In this document: one piece after another, positions 1-13,289 of the stretch
Layout of the letters: each line of letters starts with the position of its first letter
Numbering within the stretch: the first letter of the stretch is position 1
NCBI GenBank assembly: GCA_001949185.1
Contig: BDGG01000020.1
Span: 248,001 to 312,000 of the forward strand
Direction of reading: 5' to 3'
From: Ramazzottius varieornatus
Taxonomy: Eukaryota > Animalia > Tardigrada
Length of the DNA: 64,000 nt
Translations under genes and position numbers: made by a program
Notes under the pieces: generated by a model
What the model saw: only the letters and a program-made list of their open reading frames with translations
The model's database searches: none
Told to the model about the DNA's origin: nothing

Positions 1-1794
1 TCGCTCTTTCAGTACACTGGGTTCAAGAATTTTCGTATCGGTTTTCTCCGATGATGTGTTTTTTGGTGATGTCAAAGCGGTATATTGTACGGCAAAGATT
101 CCACATTCATCAAAATCGATCTCTTTTCCGCATCAGAAATTCTATTTATATTTGTGTATAATTCTCCCTTGAAGTGGATGAAAGATGGTCCAAATTCTTT
201 ACTTTGAAGTGTTGTGCCCCACTTTGCTTTTCAGCCTTTTAAAATAGCGGAAATAAATAAAGCCTGTTAAGAGGCTTCATAGCTGATCCGATCCATAGAA
301 TCCCTCCTAGAAAGCCAGAGCCACTCTAAACCGTCTACCTCCGGCAAACACTCCCAACGACGGGATCTAAACACAATAACAGGTTCGACGGAATATAGTG
401 AACGAAGCGGGAACGACAAACGCCGGTATGCTACCAGTAGGCCGAAATGGGGACAGGGAACGAGATTATCCATAAAGGATGGTCCATTTGCCTTGTTCTG
501 ATCGAATTAGAGTTAACAGTTGATTAGCGCCCACTATTTACCGTATCGCGGGTTTAAAATGGCCGTCAGCCAAGATTAGTCCTAATCTTTGATCGATTAC
601 CTCTGAGCCCATGAACCAAGTTTTTTCTCGACAGAATTGCAAAGAAAGACATTTTTTTCGAAACTGACATTTTCAGCTCCGAACCCGAACTTCTTGAAGT
701 AACCTGAACAATTTGCGCACCACATTGTAAACAAGACCTAGTAGAGACTGGTCGACGTTTATGTATGATAAGTAGGGTTGCGAAGTGAAAGGACGGAAAT
801 TTTCACTTTTTTCAGCGTAGTTTATACTGTTCTTCGCGGAAAAATCAATTAATCACTGAATCACAAACCGATTGATTCATTGATATCTCGGAGAAGAACC
901 GTGAAACCTTCGGGGAGCAAAATGACCTAATGATAAGGTAAACTACTATGTGTGTAGATTCAGACCCCCGAAAGTCCCTCTGGTGGCGCCACCTGGCTGG
1001 TACAGCTAGGGGTGCAGACTATACAGTTAGGGGTCTAGTTTACTGTAACTCACCTGACAGGAAATTTTATATCGCGAATAAACTGGGTTAGTCTATCTCG
1101 ACAGCCTTCCTCTTAACCAGTCCAAAGGCTGTGCTTCACTCTTGTGGATTAAAGGAGATCGGAAGTTCCGAAAAAACAATTCCCTTGAAGCAGACTTCGC
1201 TAAACCATTCAAAGGATTCGACACGAGAGATTTACCTTTATTGAAAAAGGAACCGCCACCGTGTAGGTGGTAGCTTCTCGACTCGGTAGCAGGAGAATTA
1301 AGACTTCATGAACATTCTGTACTTGGAGTGAGAAAGATCCGAATAAGGCTAACAATCCCATCTATAGTCGATCAAAATTCAAAATGAAGGTATTGCTGGA
1401 GAACAAGTGGACAGATCAAAATGAAGGTATTGCTAGAGAACAAGTGGGGCTACGCTCGCTAGTAATAAACTCGTCGAATTCTCCGTGTCTTAGATATCGC
1501 CCTATCCCGCGATTTCTTATGCGCGTGTGAAGTTTCGGTCCTTTTAACCTTTTGTGCTACTAAAGTTTTTCGTGGAACTTGTAATAATTATGATGTACAC
1601 TGCAATGCCACTTTCTGTGTTTGTTTACGTCACTTGGATATCTGGAACCCTGTGGTAAGTCGAGCATTACTAAACCATCCGTCTTGTACGCAGTAACGGT
1701 ACGCGGCGACCGGCGCACACGATACATGTGCGATGATGACGCTATCTCTCGTATTGTAGTTACGTGTGTAACTACTGTTACCCACCGATCATAG

Positions 1795-2644
1795 GCCGCT
1801 ACTTTCCGAACGAGACAAAGTTCGTGAGTTGTGCCTCCAGCGCGTCCTGGAAAACCAAGAATTGTCTGGATGGATGTTCCATTGGCACTGTAAGAGGTGC
1901 GTGACACTGATTAACTTATCCACGAAGTGCTGCGCTAGTTTCGATGTAAACTTCTTGAAGGCAACGGTAAAAGCATGACCATCCGCACCTGCGCCTCCGC
2001 CAAAGCTCAGGTTGGCTGCACAACAGTGCCTGCGAATGAGAACGAAGCGACGACAAACTGCAAATGCGTGTCGGACAGATGCAACTCGCAAGACGAAGCA
2101 CCCGAAAAACCCTTCGTCAAGATACCCAGTTCCACCACATCTTACCCCTGCGTTGCGTGTGTTCCGGACGCTGACAAGGATGTGATTGACGGAGCCCGCG
2201 GCGGAGGAGACGATCTCACAGTACCCAACGGCACCCAGTACCAGTGTATGACCAACGACCCTCAAGGATGCCTGGATGTGTACACCACTTCGACAGCAAG
2301 TAAGCATTCCAGTTGGTCAAGAATGTTCAAAGCGTCGAGCTTAATAACATGCTTGGGTTACAGCTCAAAAAACGTATGTAAAGAGTCAGTGTGCTCTCAA
2401 GGATCCGGATACTGCCCAGAAGAACAACTGTACCACCACCACCGACGCAGCTACAGGCGACAAAGTCGAGACGTGCCAATGTGGTGGCAAACTGTGTAAC
2501 GCAAAGGACCTGCGTTTTAGCAGTAGTATGCTTAGTATAGGTAGCAGCAGCGCACCAATTTACAGCAGGCACCCTCTTTCCGTCACTCTGGGACGCGTAA
2601 TTATTTTATGTTCCCTTTCCATGTACGCACGAACGATGATATAA
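1795..2644 (+). CDS. Ly6/uPAR (three-finger)-like cysteine-rich protein, two domains, possibly GPI-anchored; 5' exon not resolved
   Basis: Exons ~1795-1896, ~1961-2299, ~2363-2644 join in frame through GT-AG introns; two Cys-rich modules each ending in the C-x-C-x4-CN motif (CKCVSDRCN; CQCGGKLCN), then an S-rich and moderately hydrophobic tail. Confidence 0.65.
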
Positions 2645-3808
2645 GGCTATGATTTGCTGGAGCGATATTAGCTTTTCCAGTGTAAGAATTTAACCGAAAA
2701 GAGCACTTGTGATTTATGAGACATATATATACCAAGGTTGATCAGTACACGTACCAGTAATATCCTTCGAACCATTCTCTTCGAATTCCAAAATTTTGTC
2801 GTTTCGTATCGCCGTAACTGGCGAGTCCGAAACAACATCAAGAAAATCGGGGGTCTCCTTTTTAGCGCAATCTGCAGTATGGTAAGATTGGACAGTACCT
2901 TTCTCGCTGATTCTTACCTAGCTTCACAGCCCTGGAGAAGTAAACAACCGAAAAGTTGTTCTCCGGTGAAAAAGGACCCTGTTCCTTTGCTTCTGTTTTT
3001 CGGCTGTCAAAAATGGAGTATCGGTCACAAACCCCACATTCCCACCACCGGCAACCCGGTTGACGCCCTCTTCGTAGCTTGTGACGATGTTGGCTCTTGG
3101 CTTAGACTAGATACTGACTCAAATTTTCACAACGAAAGGGTCCAGCGTGTTTCTCTGCAAGACTCACCTCAAGCTAACATCATTGGGGTTTCAGTACCTA
3201 AGCTGTTCCTACTTATGATACATTACCTGAAGGTGAGTCTAGACAGAGGTTGGGTTTATGGTAACGTACTGTGCAGTCGCCGCATTTTAGTCCTTGTTGA
3301 CGGCAACCCGGTAGATCGAGCAGCACTGGAATAAAGCTGTGAAGCTCCCTATCTAATCAAAGCCATGGACCAACACCGATCAGGTGTTGTTCGCTGCCGA
3401 GACATTTTACCAGAACTCCTACTCCTTTGCTGTCAAACTTGGTACGCAAACTTTCCCAATCGATTCCTTAAACTGGTCATCCAGTTGACAAGCTTTCTTT
3501 TAGATGCTAGTCTACGAAGGTTCCTGTACCTGAAGTTGTCGGACCTTGCGGAGAATGAAAAACTTGTCGAGCGCTGTACAGAAAATACTTTGGTGAGCTG
3601 TGTTCGGGAGCCATCCCTTCTGATGCCAGCGCTAACATCACTGGTACTTCCGCCGACCAATAGCTGTTTTCCCGTTTGGTTCAGCGTCACGTACAGCTTT
3701 CACCTTGCTTGAATCGTACCGGGACGGTTAGCTCTTCACTTTGTAATATTCTCCGAACAACGAACTCGGAACATCGAAATAGGAAAGGACGAAAGAAAAC
3801 CAGAGACG

Positions 3809-5078
3809 TCATAAACCATTGAGTTCCCTTCTCAGCCTCATATTTTGTTGACGCGCCGCCATTTCTTTGGTGTTCATTTCTTGTCTAGTAATACAAACGT
3901 CTGGCTTTCTATCTTTCTTGCCTGCTTCCAGTAGATGTGGGTAGTGTGTGACACGAGGTGTCTCTTTCATCGACTGCCCATGTCCCAGTCCGTGCCGGTT
4001 CCGCTTGAACACCGTAGCCAGCGGGAACTTCCGCCCAGTTTGGTCCACACCCAGACCCTTCTCAGAATCCCAGCCTGCCTTCTTCAACATACGGAAGCCG
4101 ATGTTGAACTCCGAAAGACCATACAGCGTTCTCGTTGGCTGACTTCCCGTGTTTAGCTGGTGTAGGATGGACGTTTGGTGGTCGGCTGTGGTGGTCTCGT
4201 GGAATGTGACACCACACGTTGGACAGAAGAAGGGCTTAGATGGCTGTGATTCTTGAGAACCGTCTGGCTCATTCGACAGCTCAGCTTCCATAGCGTCGAA
4301 ACTTGTGTATTTTTCCAACTCCGTCAGGTAGGCGATAACGTTGGCGTGTGTAGAAGACATCGTCACTCCTGCAAAAGAGCGGAAAATCTGAATATAATTT
4401 CGAGTCGTCTTCGTACTTGTTAGTTGTTACCTCGCACCGCTGTACTTGAAGACGTAAGTCCAAAGTCTTTAGTTCAGTACGAGTAAGCTATTGGTGTTAG
4501 ATTGATCAGCTGATCGGTTTGTATTGGTTCAATCAAAGGAAACAATGTGATTCAATCCACCATAGTGGCGATGTTTTCACGAATTTTCACTCGTTTTTCT
4601 TACCTGTGATTAAGGCGAGATCTTTCGCGGTCTGGTTCTTCCTGTTCGCCTTCCGATAGTCAGCTCCAGACAGGGCTAGTAGCCGTATGGTTTCAAACGA
4701 GCCTCTCTGAGCAGCACACATCAAAGCGGTCCAGCCAAACAGGTCTTCGGCGTCGAGATCGAAGCCAGCAGCGACGTACTTCGAAATTATAGAAACATCG
4801 TTTTCCGCTGCGCACTTCAGGAATTCAGCCAGAGATAGTTTTGGCTTCAAGGTCGGGGAGCGTTGGACGTCATTGTTGGACGTAAGTATCCGCTTGGGAG
4901 AGGTGTCACGTTGAGACGACGACGTGGATACATTCGAGATGGTGTCTTCGTAGAACTTGCGGATTTGCACCCCTTCGTCCTCCGTGCTGTGTAGAGAGTT
5001 TCCATGATAGCCGGGGTGAAAGAAGCTTGACGAAGTATCTGGGGATGAGCCAGGAACAAACGCCACAGGGCGCAGCAT
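3809..5078 (-). CDS. GPANK1: G-patch domain and ankyrin repeat-containing protein 1
   Basis: Exon 5078-4604 has ankyrin repeats (DLFGWTALMCAAQRG); phase-1 intron 4603-4369; exon 4368-3809 has CPTC...HQTSILH zinc-finger-like segment and G-patch (NIGFRMLKKAGWDSEKGLG). An upstream exon is possible. Confidence 0.9.
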
Positions 5079-5869
5079 CTGTTGCGTGGAAGAATCACTG
5101 AAATGGTAGAGCACCTGCTGTTACTGTAGTCAGTGTAGTGCTGTCGCTGTAACAATAGTTGAGGACGCAGAGTGCCCTTATGGTTTACCATGAAAGACTA
5201 GAGAAAAAGCCTGCGCAAGCCGTCCCTTGGTTGATTTCCCCTCATGATGTCATCGAGCTTCCGAGATCTGTAAGGTGTGAAGTGGTGGGGAACTTTTTGT
5301 GGACAGTCGAAGATCCAAGCCACACGCTGCAGCATTATTCAGGAAAAATCAAGTTTCGGCTACGTTCGAAACCGATAACGGGGACAAAGAAGAACACCAG
5401 CGGGTCCTCGACGATCAAAAGAGCGCTAAGAGTATCGATATCGACAGACTTGATTGTCGAGGGACGTGGAGGCTGCTCAGCCTGCTCGAGCCGATGATTA
5501 TCAATTACCGTACTGTAATTATGGCACGATTGCCTCAAGCTCGAACGACTTTTGTTTTGCTCTGGTGTTCACAACTAACAGAAGTTCAGTACTGATGGAA
5601 GTACTGGAAGAGAGTATTTTAGCAAAGATGAGAACTATTACAGCGTTCAGATCCAACACAGAAACGAGATTCATACCCAGAAAGGGGAAACACTAATACA
5701 ACAGTGGTCAAGTAAGAGGACGGAACTTTCTTCCGCATTGTACCCTCAACAGAAAAAAAAACCCAATTATACACCGCAGATCAGCCACCAAAAACACAAA
5801 GCCTCTCACCAATTTCTTTCACCAGAGCAAACTTGCCGTCAGTGCAAAAATAAATACCTAAAGTAAACA

Positions 5870-6767
5870 CTAGGCTTTAACGTTCTGGCCCTTCTTGAAT
5901 ATTCTAATCTGTTTGACTTGCTGTCCCACGCTGGTATATGCCACATCGTCAGCGCCTGCGCTCGTCTTTCCACAAGCGTTACAGCAGTCTAGAACGAGAC
6001 TAATCATGGCGATGATAGCTAGAGAGATATACACGAGCGCCACGACCGATCGCATCATGGCTAGGTCCTTCAGCTGGTCCAGGTTGAGGTTCGTGCCGCC
6101 AACTGGCTGCTGGTTGCCTTCTCGCCGCGTAATCTCTCTTCGAACGATGTAGATGTTGTAGGCTGTCAGGGAGAACATGACCATGGCTTGGATGGTGGAG
6201 ATCAGGGCCAGGAAGACACTGACCGTGAAGAGCTTCCGGCGAGCCGAAAGTGTGACGGTCTTCTTCCCAGCAAGGAGCTGGACCATCCCCGTAACGATCG
6301 CGAAGATACCTGCCCAAATTCCAGCGTATTCGATCGGGTATCCGGGAGCTCCCGTCTCGTAGAACATTATCAACGCTGTAAAAACAGAAAATGTGAGGCG
6401 AGAAGACGGTAGGAAGGGGGTTGGAACCGGCGACGTGAGCTCAGCGATGAAGTATTGCTGACATCATGCCTCAATGTCGGGCCATCCGGCCAAACAGCGA
6501 ACACCACGTGATAGAAATCAGGGATATAACCCAGTTGAACAACGCGGGAAACAGCCCGTTTTCTATTCGGTACGTTTCCTACCGCTGCAACAGCTGGAAA
6601 GTCAGTATCCAAAAAGTTTTACCTGCCAGCTCTAACGCGAGAGCTCCGATACCGAGAAGAACTTGAATAACTCCGAGAATGTAGATAGCGCTACGATATT
6701 TCGCCGTGGAGTCGGTGACGACGGAAGCCAGGTCGTCAGATGGCCGTAGCACACCGTGATCTCCCAT
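5870..6767 (-). CDS. MS4A/CD20-like four-TM membrane protein, copy 1
   Basis: Exons 6767-6623 and 6375-5870 (phase-1 intron); LGVIQVLLG and GIWAGIFAIVTG resemble CD20-family TM1/TM2 motifs; four hydrophobic segments. Confidence 0.75.
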
Positions 6768-7328
6768 CCTTGTGCAGTAGTGTTAACGGGACAGCGTGTT
6801 AACGAAACTGTCCTTTACCGTCTCCATCCAGCGATTAGACTAAAATAAAGTGTCATAGTACCCAACCGAACATAGTAAATCACTTAGCCATGCACATTGA
6901 CGAGCGCGTGGCGGAGTTGGGGTCTAGTAGGAGAGGAAATCCATTCTCCAAGCCCAAGGACGGCAAAAACCTGTTTGATCCTTGCTTTGCGCTTACGTCA
7001 TGACTACTTTACAGCCAGTTCGCATCAGTAGAAGGCATAATCAAACGCTGAAAGTTATGCACCTGCGTACAACGTTGCCGTTTGGGAGTCCACGAGCACC
7101 GCGCAGGTGCAAGTCGCATTTGCCCTTGTCCCATACGCGCGCGATGCAACGTTCGGCCAACCAGAACATCTCAGGTTGATTGTTGTTGATTCATTGATTT
7201 TTGCGACCAGTGAGGTAAATTTCGCATCCGGCGGGAACCTCTAAATCTCAGACTCTGAGTCGATCCTCGTGCTCTGCCTGCAGGTTCATCTCTTTTTCTC
7301 ATCATCCGCCTGGAGCCCTTTGTGCTGA

Positions 7329-9080
7329 TTGTGGAGAGGTTCTACTGCCCAGAATGAAGAAGATTCATGGGGATGGCAGGGTAGAGGTCGAAATTTGCGG
7401 GAGCGCACCGAATATTTGCTGAAACATCGGCCTATTCCAGCCGACATCACCATCGTATTTGGCAACGAGGAGGACACCCGAGACAGACGTCGGAACTGGG
7501 GAGAAGAGTCTGAAGATGAGGACGATGAAGACGACAACGTGTGCAACCGTGAAGCCGAAGCTGACACAGAAATTCATGCTCACAAGTAAGTTTATGCGCC
7601 GCAGGTAGGTACCTGCACACACACCCACTGCATTCGGAGCCTGAGTTCTCGTACGCAGGGGGCGAGCGATGAAGTTATGATGTTACAGTACTAAACTCTG
7701 TCAGAGTGATTATCTCTTGTGTTTGGTGGAATCTTTCTAGCGAATGGGAGTGAGGTCTTTTACGCCATGTTCTATGGACCAGCGGCTGACACTAACGTGA
7801 AGAAAGTGGCCATACGAAATTATTCTAAGGTACCTTCAAAGGGCTGGTGGACTTCTTGTACACCGATGACTTCGGCTGCCTGGACAAGAAACCGTCTACT
7901 CATCTGGACATCACAATGGACCTTCTCAAGTGTTCTCTGCAGTACGGCGTGCCCAGACTAGCCGTACAATGCAGGAACAAAATCGTAGAGGAGATGCAGG
8001 GCAGCGGGTTCTCGTTTGGCGCGCCGATATTGTGCACATTACTGAATCGGGTACTCGTAATCGACTGTTCCTCGCTCGATCCGAACGTCAAGTAACTTAG
8101 GTTTTTTGTCGGATGCATGAAGGAGCTTCCTTTTTAGGCTTGTGAGCTGGAGCAGAAGGAAATCCAGGAAGCAATTCTCCGGAACGCGGATCGGTACCCG
8201 ACAGATGTCTTTGAGAGCGAGAAATGCCAGTACATGACGAAGAATTCGTGGAAGAAATTCTGCGAAGATCGGAACTGAACCTAACTGACGAAGAAGAGCA
8301 AGAACTCTGCACGTCGACGCTAGGGTATGAGTGTCCACTGTCCAGTTCAACAGGTCATCGTTGTAGTCCGGAAGCTTGGCCAGCAAAATGGGCAAGATCG
8401 TATTCCCAGGTGGCGCAGTGACTTTAGAGCGCGCGCCACTTGTGGAAACAATGTTGCCCAGTTTGTTTGTCGGGCCTCCATAATTATATTTTATTGTTAT
8501 GAACTCAGGCGAGTATTATGGATTCTCCCAGCGCCATCCGGGGTTTCTGTTGGGCTTTTTTAGGTGGGCATGCAGGAACGAAATCGATAGGCTGAGTTTG
8601 GTGGAGAGCGCGAAATTTTCCGGGGAATACCAGCGCCGATTGCTTGGTTCCATGTTCAGCCTGATCCGATTTCCACTGATGACGCCTTCCCAACTCGCCG
8701 ACAGACCGATCAAGGTATCTTTTTTCAAGTACGATTGTAATACGGACGTGAAAGGGTTGGCGAACTGTACAGTCCAAGCAGTTTTCCGACCTGTGTTTCG
8801 GGATAAGATTTTGACGCCAGAAGAGGTATTCAGTAGATTCCAGATCAAGTTCTCCCAAGCCGCTCCACCCGATCCCCGACTCTCACTTTTCTCCAAGGTC
8901 CTGCGAAGTTCGAGACCAGCTGAAGAAATCGGCTGCTTGAGCTTCGAATTAGAGTGGAGAGGGAAACCTGGCCGCTGGATGCACATTTTCGAAACAAGAG
9001 TCGTACCGGACAAGAAAAACCACGCCGAAGCCTCGGCACGATTCTTGTGCTTGTGCCGTAAGGCTTACCCGTTCCAGGTC
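7329..9080 (+). pseudogene. BTB/POZ-BACK protein (BTBD1/2/3/6-like), probably disabled
   Basis: WQ...NLRER...ADITIVFG...AHK / FLANGSEVFYAMFYG / FLYTDD / LIRFPLMTPSQL. Frameshift near 7829 (YSK then GTFKGLVDFLY in another frame); expected acceptor before IFLANGS reads GG not AG; in-frame TGA at ~7326. Confidence 0.75.
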
Positions 9081-9113
9081 AGAACATTTATACGTTTCAC
9101 AAGTACTGTAGAT

Positions 9114-9722
9114 TAAGGATGGGGGTTCCTATGGACTAGCTCCTTGGAACTGGAACTGGAACTGGAACTGGAACTGGAACTGGATGGAATTCCGAAGAGT
9201 TCCTAAATTCCAGTTTCCAAATCAAACAGGTTAGAAATCGGAATTCCAGAAAGTTATTCAAAAGCTTGGGAAACAGTAGGAACAGCAATTTACTGCCGAA
9301 AATCAGGTCCAAATACTGTAACACAAATAGTCTATCATAATAAACATCACATGTTCTGTTCAACCGGCGGTTTGTAGGTGCACCCACTGTATTGTTTAAA
9401 GTAATCTGCTAGCGCGGTATTGCAAATACCGTACTAAAAAAGCAAGAAACTCCCAAAAATTTAATTACTTGGTGGAAGCTTTCTCAATCCCACTGCGCCA
9501 AGTCAGCTACATTAGATCGCAACTGGAATTCCAGATCGGTTCCTGGTTTCCAAACAGGAACTCCAGTTCTCCACATTGATTGACAGAGCTGGAACTCCAA
9601 ATCGCGTCTAGTTTTCCAAATGGGAATTCCAGTGCTCCAAATCGAGCTCAGCTGGAACTGGAAGGAATTCCTATGCTCCTATAGGAATTGGAATGGAACG
9701 GAACTTGGAACCTCCATCCTTA
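9114..9722. mobile_element. Non-autonomous hAT-type element (MITE) with GGAACT subterminal repeats
   Basis: TIR TAAGGATGG(G/A)GGTTCC at both ends; perfect 8-bp TSD CTGTAGAT (9106-9113, 9723-9730); (GGAACT)n run at ~9146-9183. Confidence 0.9.
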
Positions 9723-10210
9723 CTGTAGATCAGCAAAAGTTTCTTTTCCAGCTGGGAAGGCTCGGTAAACAAATTCGAGAAGATCGTTTTCACAAGTGGC
9801 GCGCACGATCGGCCAAAAGCACTGGATACGTGCGCTACTGGGGAAAACCGTTTGTGGAGTTTGCTTGCCTAAGTGGCGCACGAAAAGGTGGCGCGCGCTC
9901 TAAAGTCACAGGCCAACGACAACCATACGGCCCGTAGTCTTCTGGTTTCTTCGAGGATTAACTGACAACTAAAGCGTTGGGGAGTGAAGCAGACCAGACA
10001 ACAAGCTGCCCAATTCAAAGATCTCAGTAAAAATTCGGGGTTGAGGTAAAAATGGGACTTGAATTTGACTAGAGTAAAACATTTAAAGCATATAAAAACG
10101 GAAAAGCTACATCGTAAACCTGAAATTTAGACGCACGATAGGAAGACAAGAGAAAACTGTACAACAGAGGAACTAAGTCATGAAAAAGGTGCGATTCAAA
10201 TTCAGAGATT

Positions 10211-10999
10211 TCATTTTGTATATCGCGCAGTTGGAGGTTTATTGGAGGTGGCAACCGGGGAGTACGTCGTCACGTTCTCCGCATTCCCTTTATTCATTCC
10301 CACATTCAGGAAATTCAACAACGCCGACCCCAAAAGGAACAACAACGTGAGCGAGTAGATCACAGCCGCGATGACGCGCAGCTGAGCTTGATGGCGATAT
10401 CCTTCTAGGGAGAAAACGTAGGGCAGCTTGCGGTACTGATCGCTGTTATCCCGTCCTTCTTTGTCTTTCACGTCTTTGTAGAGAAAGTGAGTGCGGAGGA
10501 TCGAAATAACGAGGATGGACCCAACAGCGAGGCAAGCGAGGACTGTTATCACGATGCCCGCGATGAACAGTTTATGGCGCTTGGCTGATGTCACCTTGTT
10601 GCGTCCAGCGAAGAAACCTACCACACCTGTGGCGATGACAAGAATACCCACAAAGATACCGAGGATTTCCAAGGTGAAGTCGATGGTGGGATCCCAGAAC
10701 AGGGACAGGGCTGCAAAGCGAAAACAGGAATCCAAGCCATTGGTAAGTTAAAAACTCAGTAGAATAAACCATATCAAGTGGCGCCTGACGTCATGGATAT
10801 GTTGGCTTTGTCGGAATATGACTGGATGAACACAGTGTGCCCCGTTACGTCAACGTACGAGCTTACCTGTAGATTCAATGGTGATGATGGCAAGGCCGAG
10901 CAGAATTTCGAGAAAGCCCAGGACGTACACGGAGCGAAGATTACGGTAGAAAGTCAACGCTGACCCTTGAGCAACCTGTCCTGGCAGGTCGTCGTCCAT
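10211..10999 (-). CDS. MS4A/CD20-like four-TM membrane protein, copy 2
   Basis: Exons 10999-10867 (MDDDLPG...VLGFLEILLGLAIITIEST) and 10710-10211; same phase-1 intron position and TM layout as copy 1. Confidence 0.75.
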
Positions 11000-11454
11000 G
11001 GTTTCTACGGATGAGAGACAGGAAGTTCAAGATCAAGTCCAAGAACCCCCGCGGAAACGGAAGTCGAAAATTTGCGGAAGGACTGATGAGATTTCCTGTT
11101 CACTAAGTCTACTCGTACAGTACCCGATTAGTGGCCCGAATCAAATGAATCAATGAGTTTCCGACTTTCCCCTTGCCAATCAGTGAGCGCACCGGGGGCC
11201 TGTTGCGCCGCCCTGGGCAGGTTGCAGCAGGTACTTGCCTTAACTGACCGATGTCCACATAACGTAATACGAAATTTTCCGAATTTCAGTTTCTTACAGA
11301 AGATTCTTCAGCAAACAATTCTTGGTGGTCCGCGATGTTTGTCGCTTCATGCCTACAGCAACCCATCATTGCTGGATAAGGTAAAACTTTCCGCGTGGGG
11401 AAAATGGAAAAGATCGACTGGGGATGGGCCCGGATGGCAAAGACCCGCGACGAA

Positions 11455-11966
11455 GCTGGGGAATCACGAGTGAAGTCTTCTATGCCATGTTTTACGGCGA
11501 AAATACCGACACGAAGGCTCGTTCGGTGGACATTCCCAGTTACTCGACCGAGGTCTTGAATACCGTCTTGAAGATGAAGTACTTTTACACGGACAAGGCG
11601 ACTAACTTAGATGTGGACAATGTCATTATGTCATGGATGGTTTGAGAAGAGCGCAGCGGTATGGTCTCCCAGCACCAGCTGGACAGTGTCGAGCCGTCAT
11701 TATGGACTGCTTTGTGACCGGGAAAGAATCGGCGGATCAACAGCTCGTCGTTTTCTTCAAGGTGAGCTCTCTGCGGTCTCTGGACTTTTTCGCTGGACTC
11801 CATGTTCACGGAATGGGTTATTTTAGGCCCGAGAAATGCATGATATGGAGATCGCTGACATTGTCATGCTTGTCGAGGGTAATGGCTTTACAGATATTTC
11901 GTACGACACCCATTATTATCTGTCAAGCCGGAGAACGAAACTATGTTGTACGGCACAGCTCACAGG
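11455..11966 (+). pseudogene. BTB/POZ gene fragment, copy 2
   Basis: SEVFYAMFYG...YFYTD...LDVDNV, then frameshift to AQRYGLP...QCR; parallels the 7329-9080 copy; no credible N-terminus. Confidence 0.7.
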
Positions 11967-13289
11967 TGAGTACGTCAGTGAGGTCGTACACTAGGACCAT
12001 TTGCTTATGAAACTTATGTGGACCTTGGCGAACAAACCTGAGATTGGAGATGACCATTCCAGGTGGCGCACGCTGCTAGCTGAAAACATCGGAAGCGTGC
12101 GCCGCTTGGGAAACCGATCTTGTCGGGTTTCTTCAGATTCAGGTTGAGATCCGCATACACGTATAGTGCCATGTTTCAGTTAGGACTTAGCTTGTCAGAA
12201 GAAAGAGGTTGAGGAAGGTTTGCCTTGTTGATCGTTGTGCGGCATTATAGGCGACATCTTCAGTTACGATATTGACGAACATGACTTTGCCGCAAATCCC
12301 GCATGTTCTACGTAGTATTAATTGTAAAAGATGCTGTCAGTGGGCCATGCAAAAGGTCGAACTACAATGAAGAAAGTTCTTGCTTTCTCGTGGTCACGTG
12401 GTGCACTACATCAATCATTGTAGCACATCACCACACCATTCCACGACTCTGCACCCTTCACCTTCAAACGGTTCCTGGGGTTAACCAAAGCCATAGTACT
12501 TCCCCGATGGGAAGTTTCGTACTTGCTTGCTGGTCCATTACGGTGAACATGGTCGAACGGGGCTCGGTGGTCGTGGACAAAATCTGGAGTATTTGCCGAC
12601 ATCGCCACCTACAGCCGAGGCATTTTACGCCCATGCAGGCATGAGGACTTGCCCCAGATCTTGACCTTGACAAGACTAGCATCAAGGCCGTGCTTGTCTG
12701 GGGCGGATTCTCATGCCTACGCCCATGATTCAGCTGGAACGGTCGTCTGCGGGGAATGGGCATTACTGTCTGGACATTTCGACTGCCAGCGAAGCAGATC
12801 TCCGTGAGAAAGGTTACGATGGGACTGTATTCGGACGTCTTGGTGATCTGACTGAGAGCCTTGAATATCTTACGTCGTCCCGAACAAGCATACTCTCTGA
12901 GCTTTGGTCGTCCCGTCTGGCAAGGCCTTTTCTGCCTAATTACTCGCCAAAAGTTTAGTGCCCGAATAAAAAAAACGTTCTTGTCAATTTGGACTAAAAA
13001 TATTACGTAATTCATGGTTCTTACACGTGTACAGATTTACAGATTTTGTAGTTGATGAGCTTTTGTCTAAGGATTTAAATACTGCAAGACGTCCAAAGTC
13101 GAGATTCACAGGATAAAAGAGCATTGAGAATTTACAAAAAGAGACGGGAAGCGAGGATGGATATGCGACAGTCCATCCACGGAATGGGCGTCAGGAATTA
13201 CCGAGACAGAAAACGTCACGGACAATACATGAAAAATCTGCCGACCGGGCCAGAGATCAGCGTTGACAGAGACCTGACTTTCGGAAATA

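Noticed and set aside
960-1040. GAAAGTCCC and a downstream GGGG motif resembling RNase MRP conserved regions
   Set aside because: Only ~60 nt apart, far too close; better explained as a short inverted repeat (AGACCCC/GGGGTCT).
1379-1447. 37-bp-period tandem duplication
   Set aside because: Two copies only; ordinary local slippage, as at ~48277-48317.
2716-3800. ORFs 2738-3334 and 3365-3712 and exon-like minus-strand pieces
   Set aside because: No recognisable motif; the candidate minus-strand exon at ~3155-2918 has stops in all three frames.
9136-9387. ORF ending in PVPVPVPVP
   Set aside because: Translation of the MITE's GGAACT repeat.
12300-13015. Overlapping ORFs between BTB copy 2 and SVOP
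   Set aside because: No family signal; could be decayed BTB 3' sequence but not supportable.
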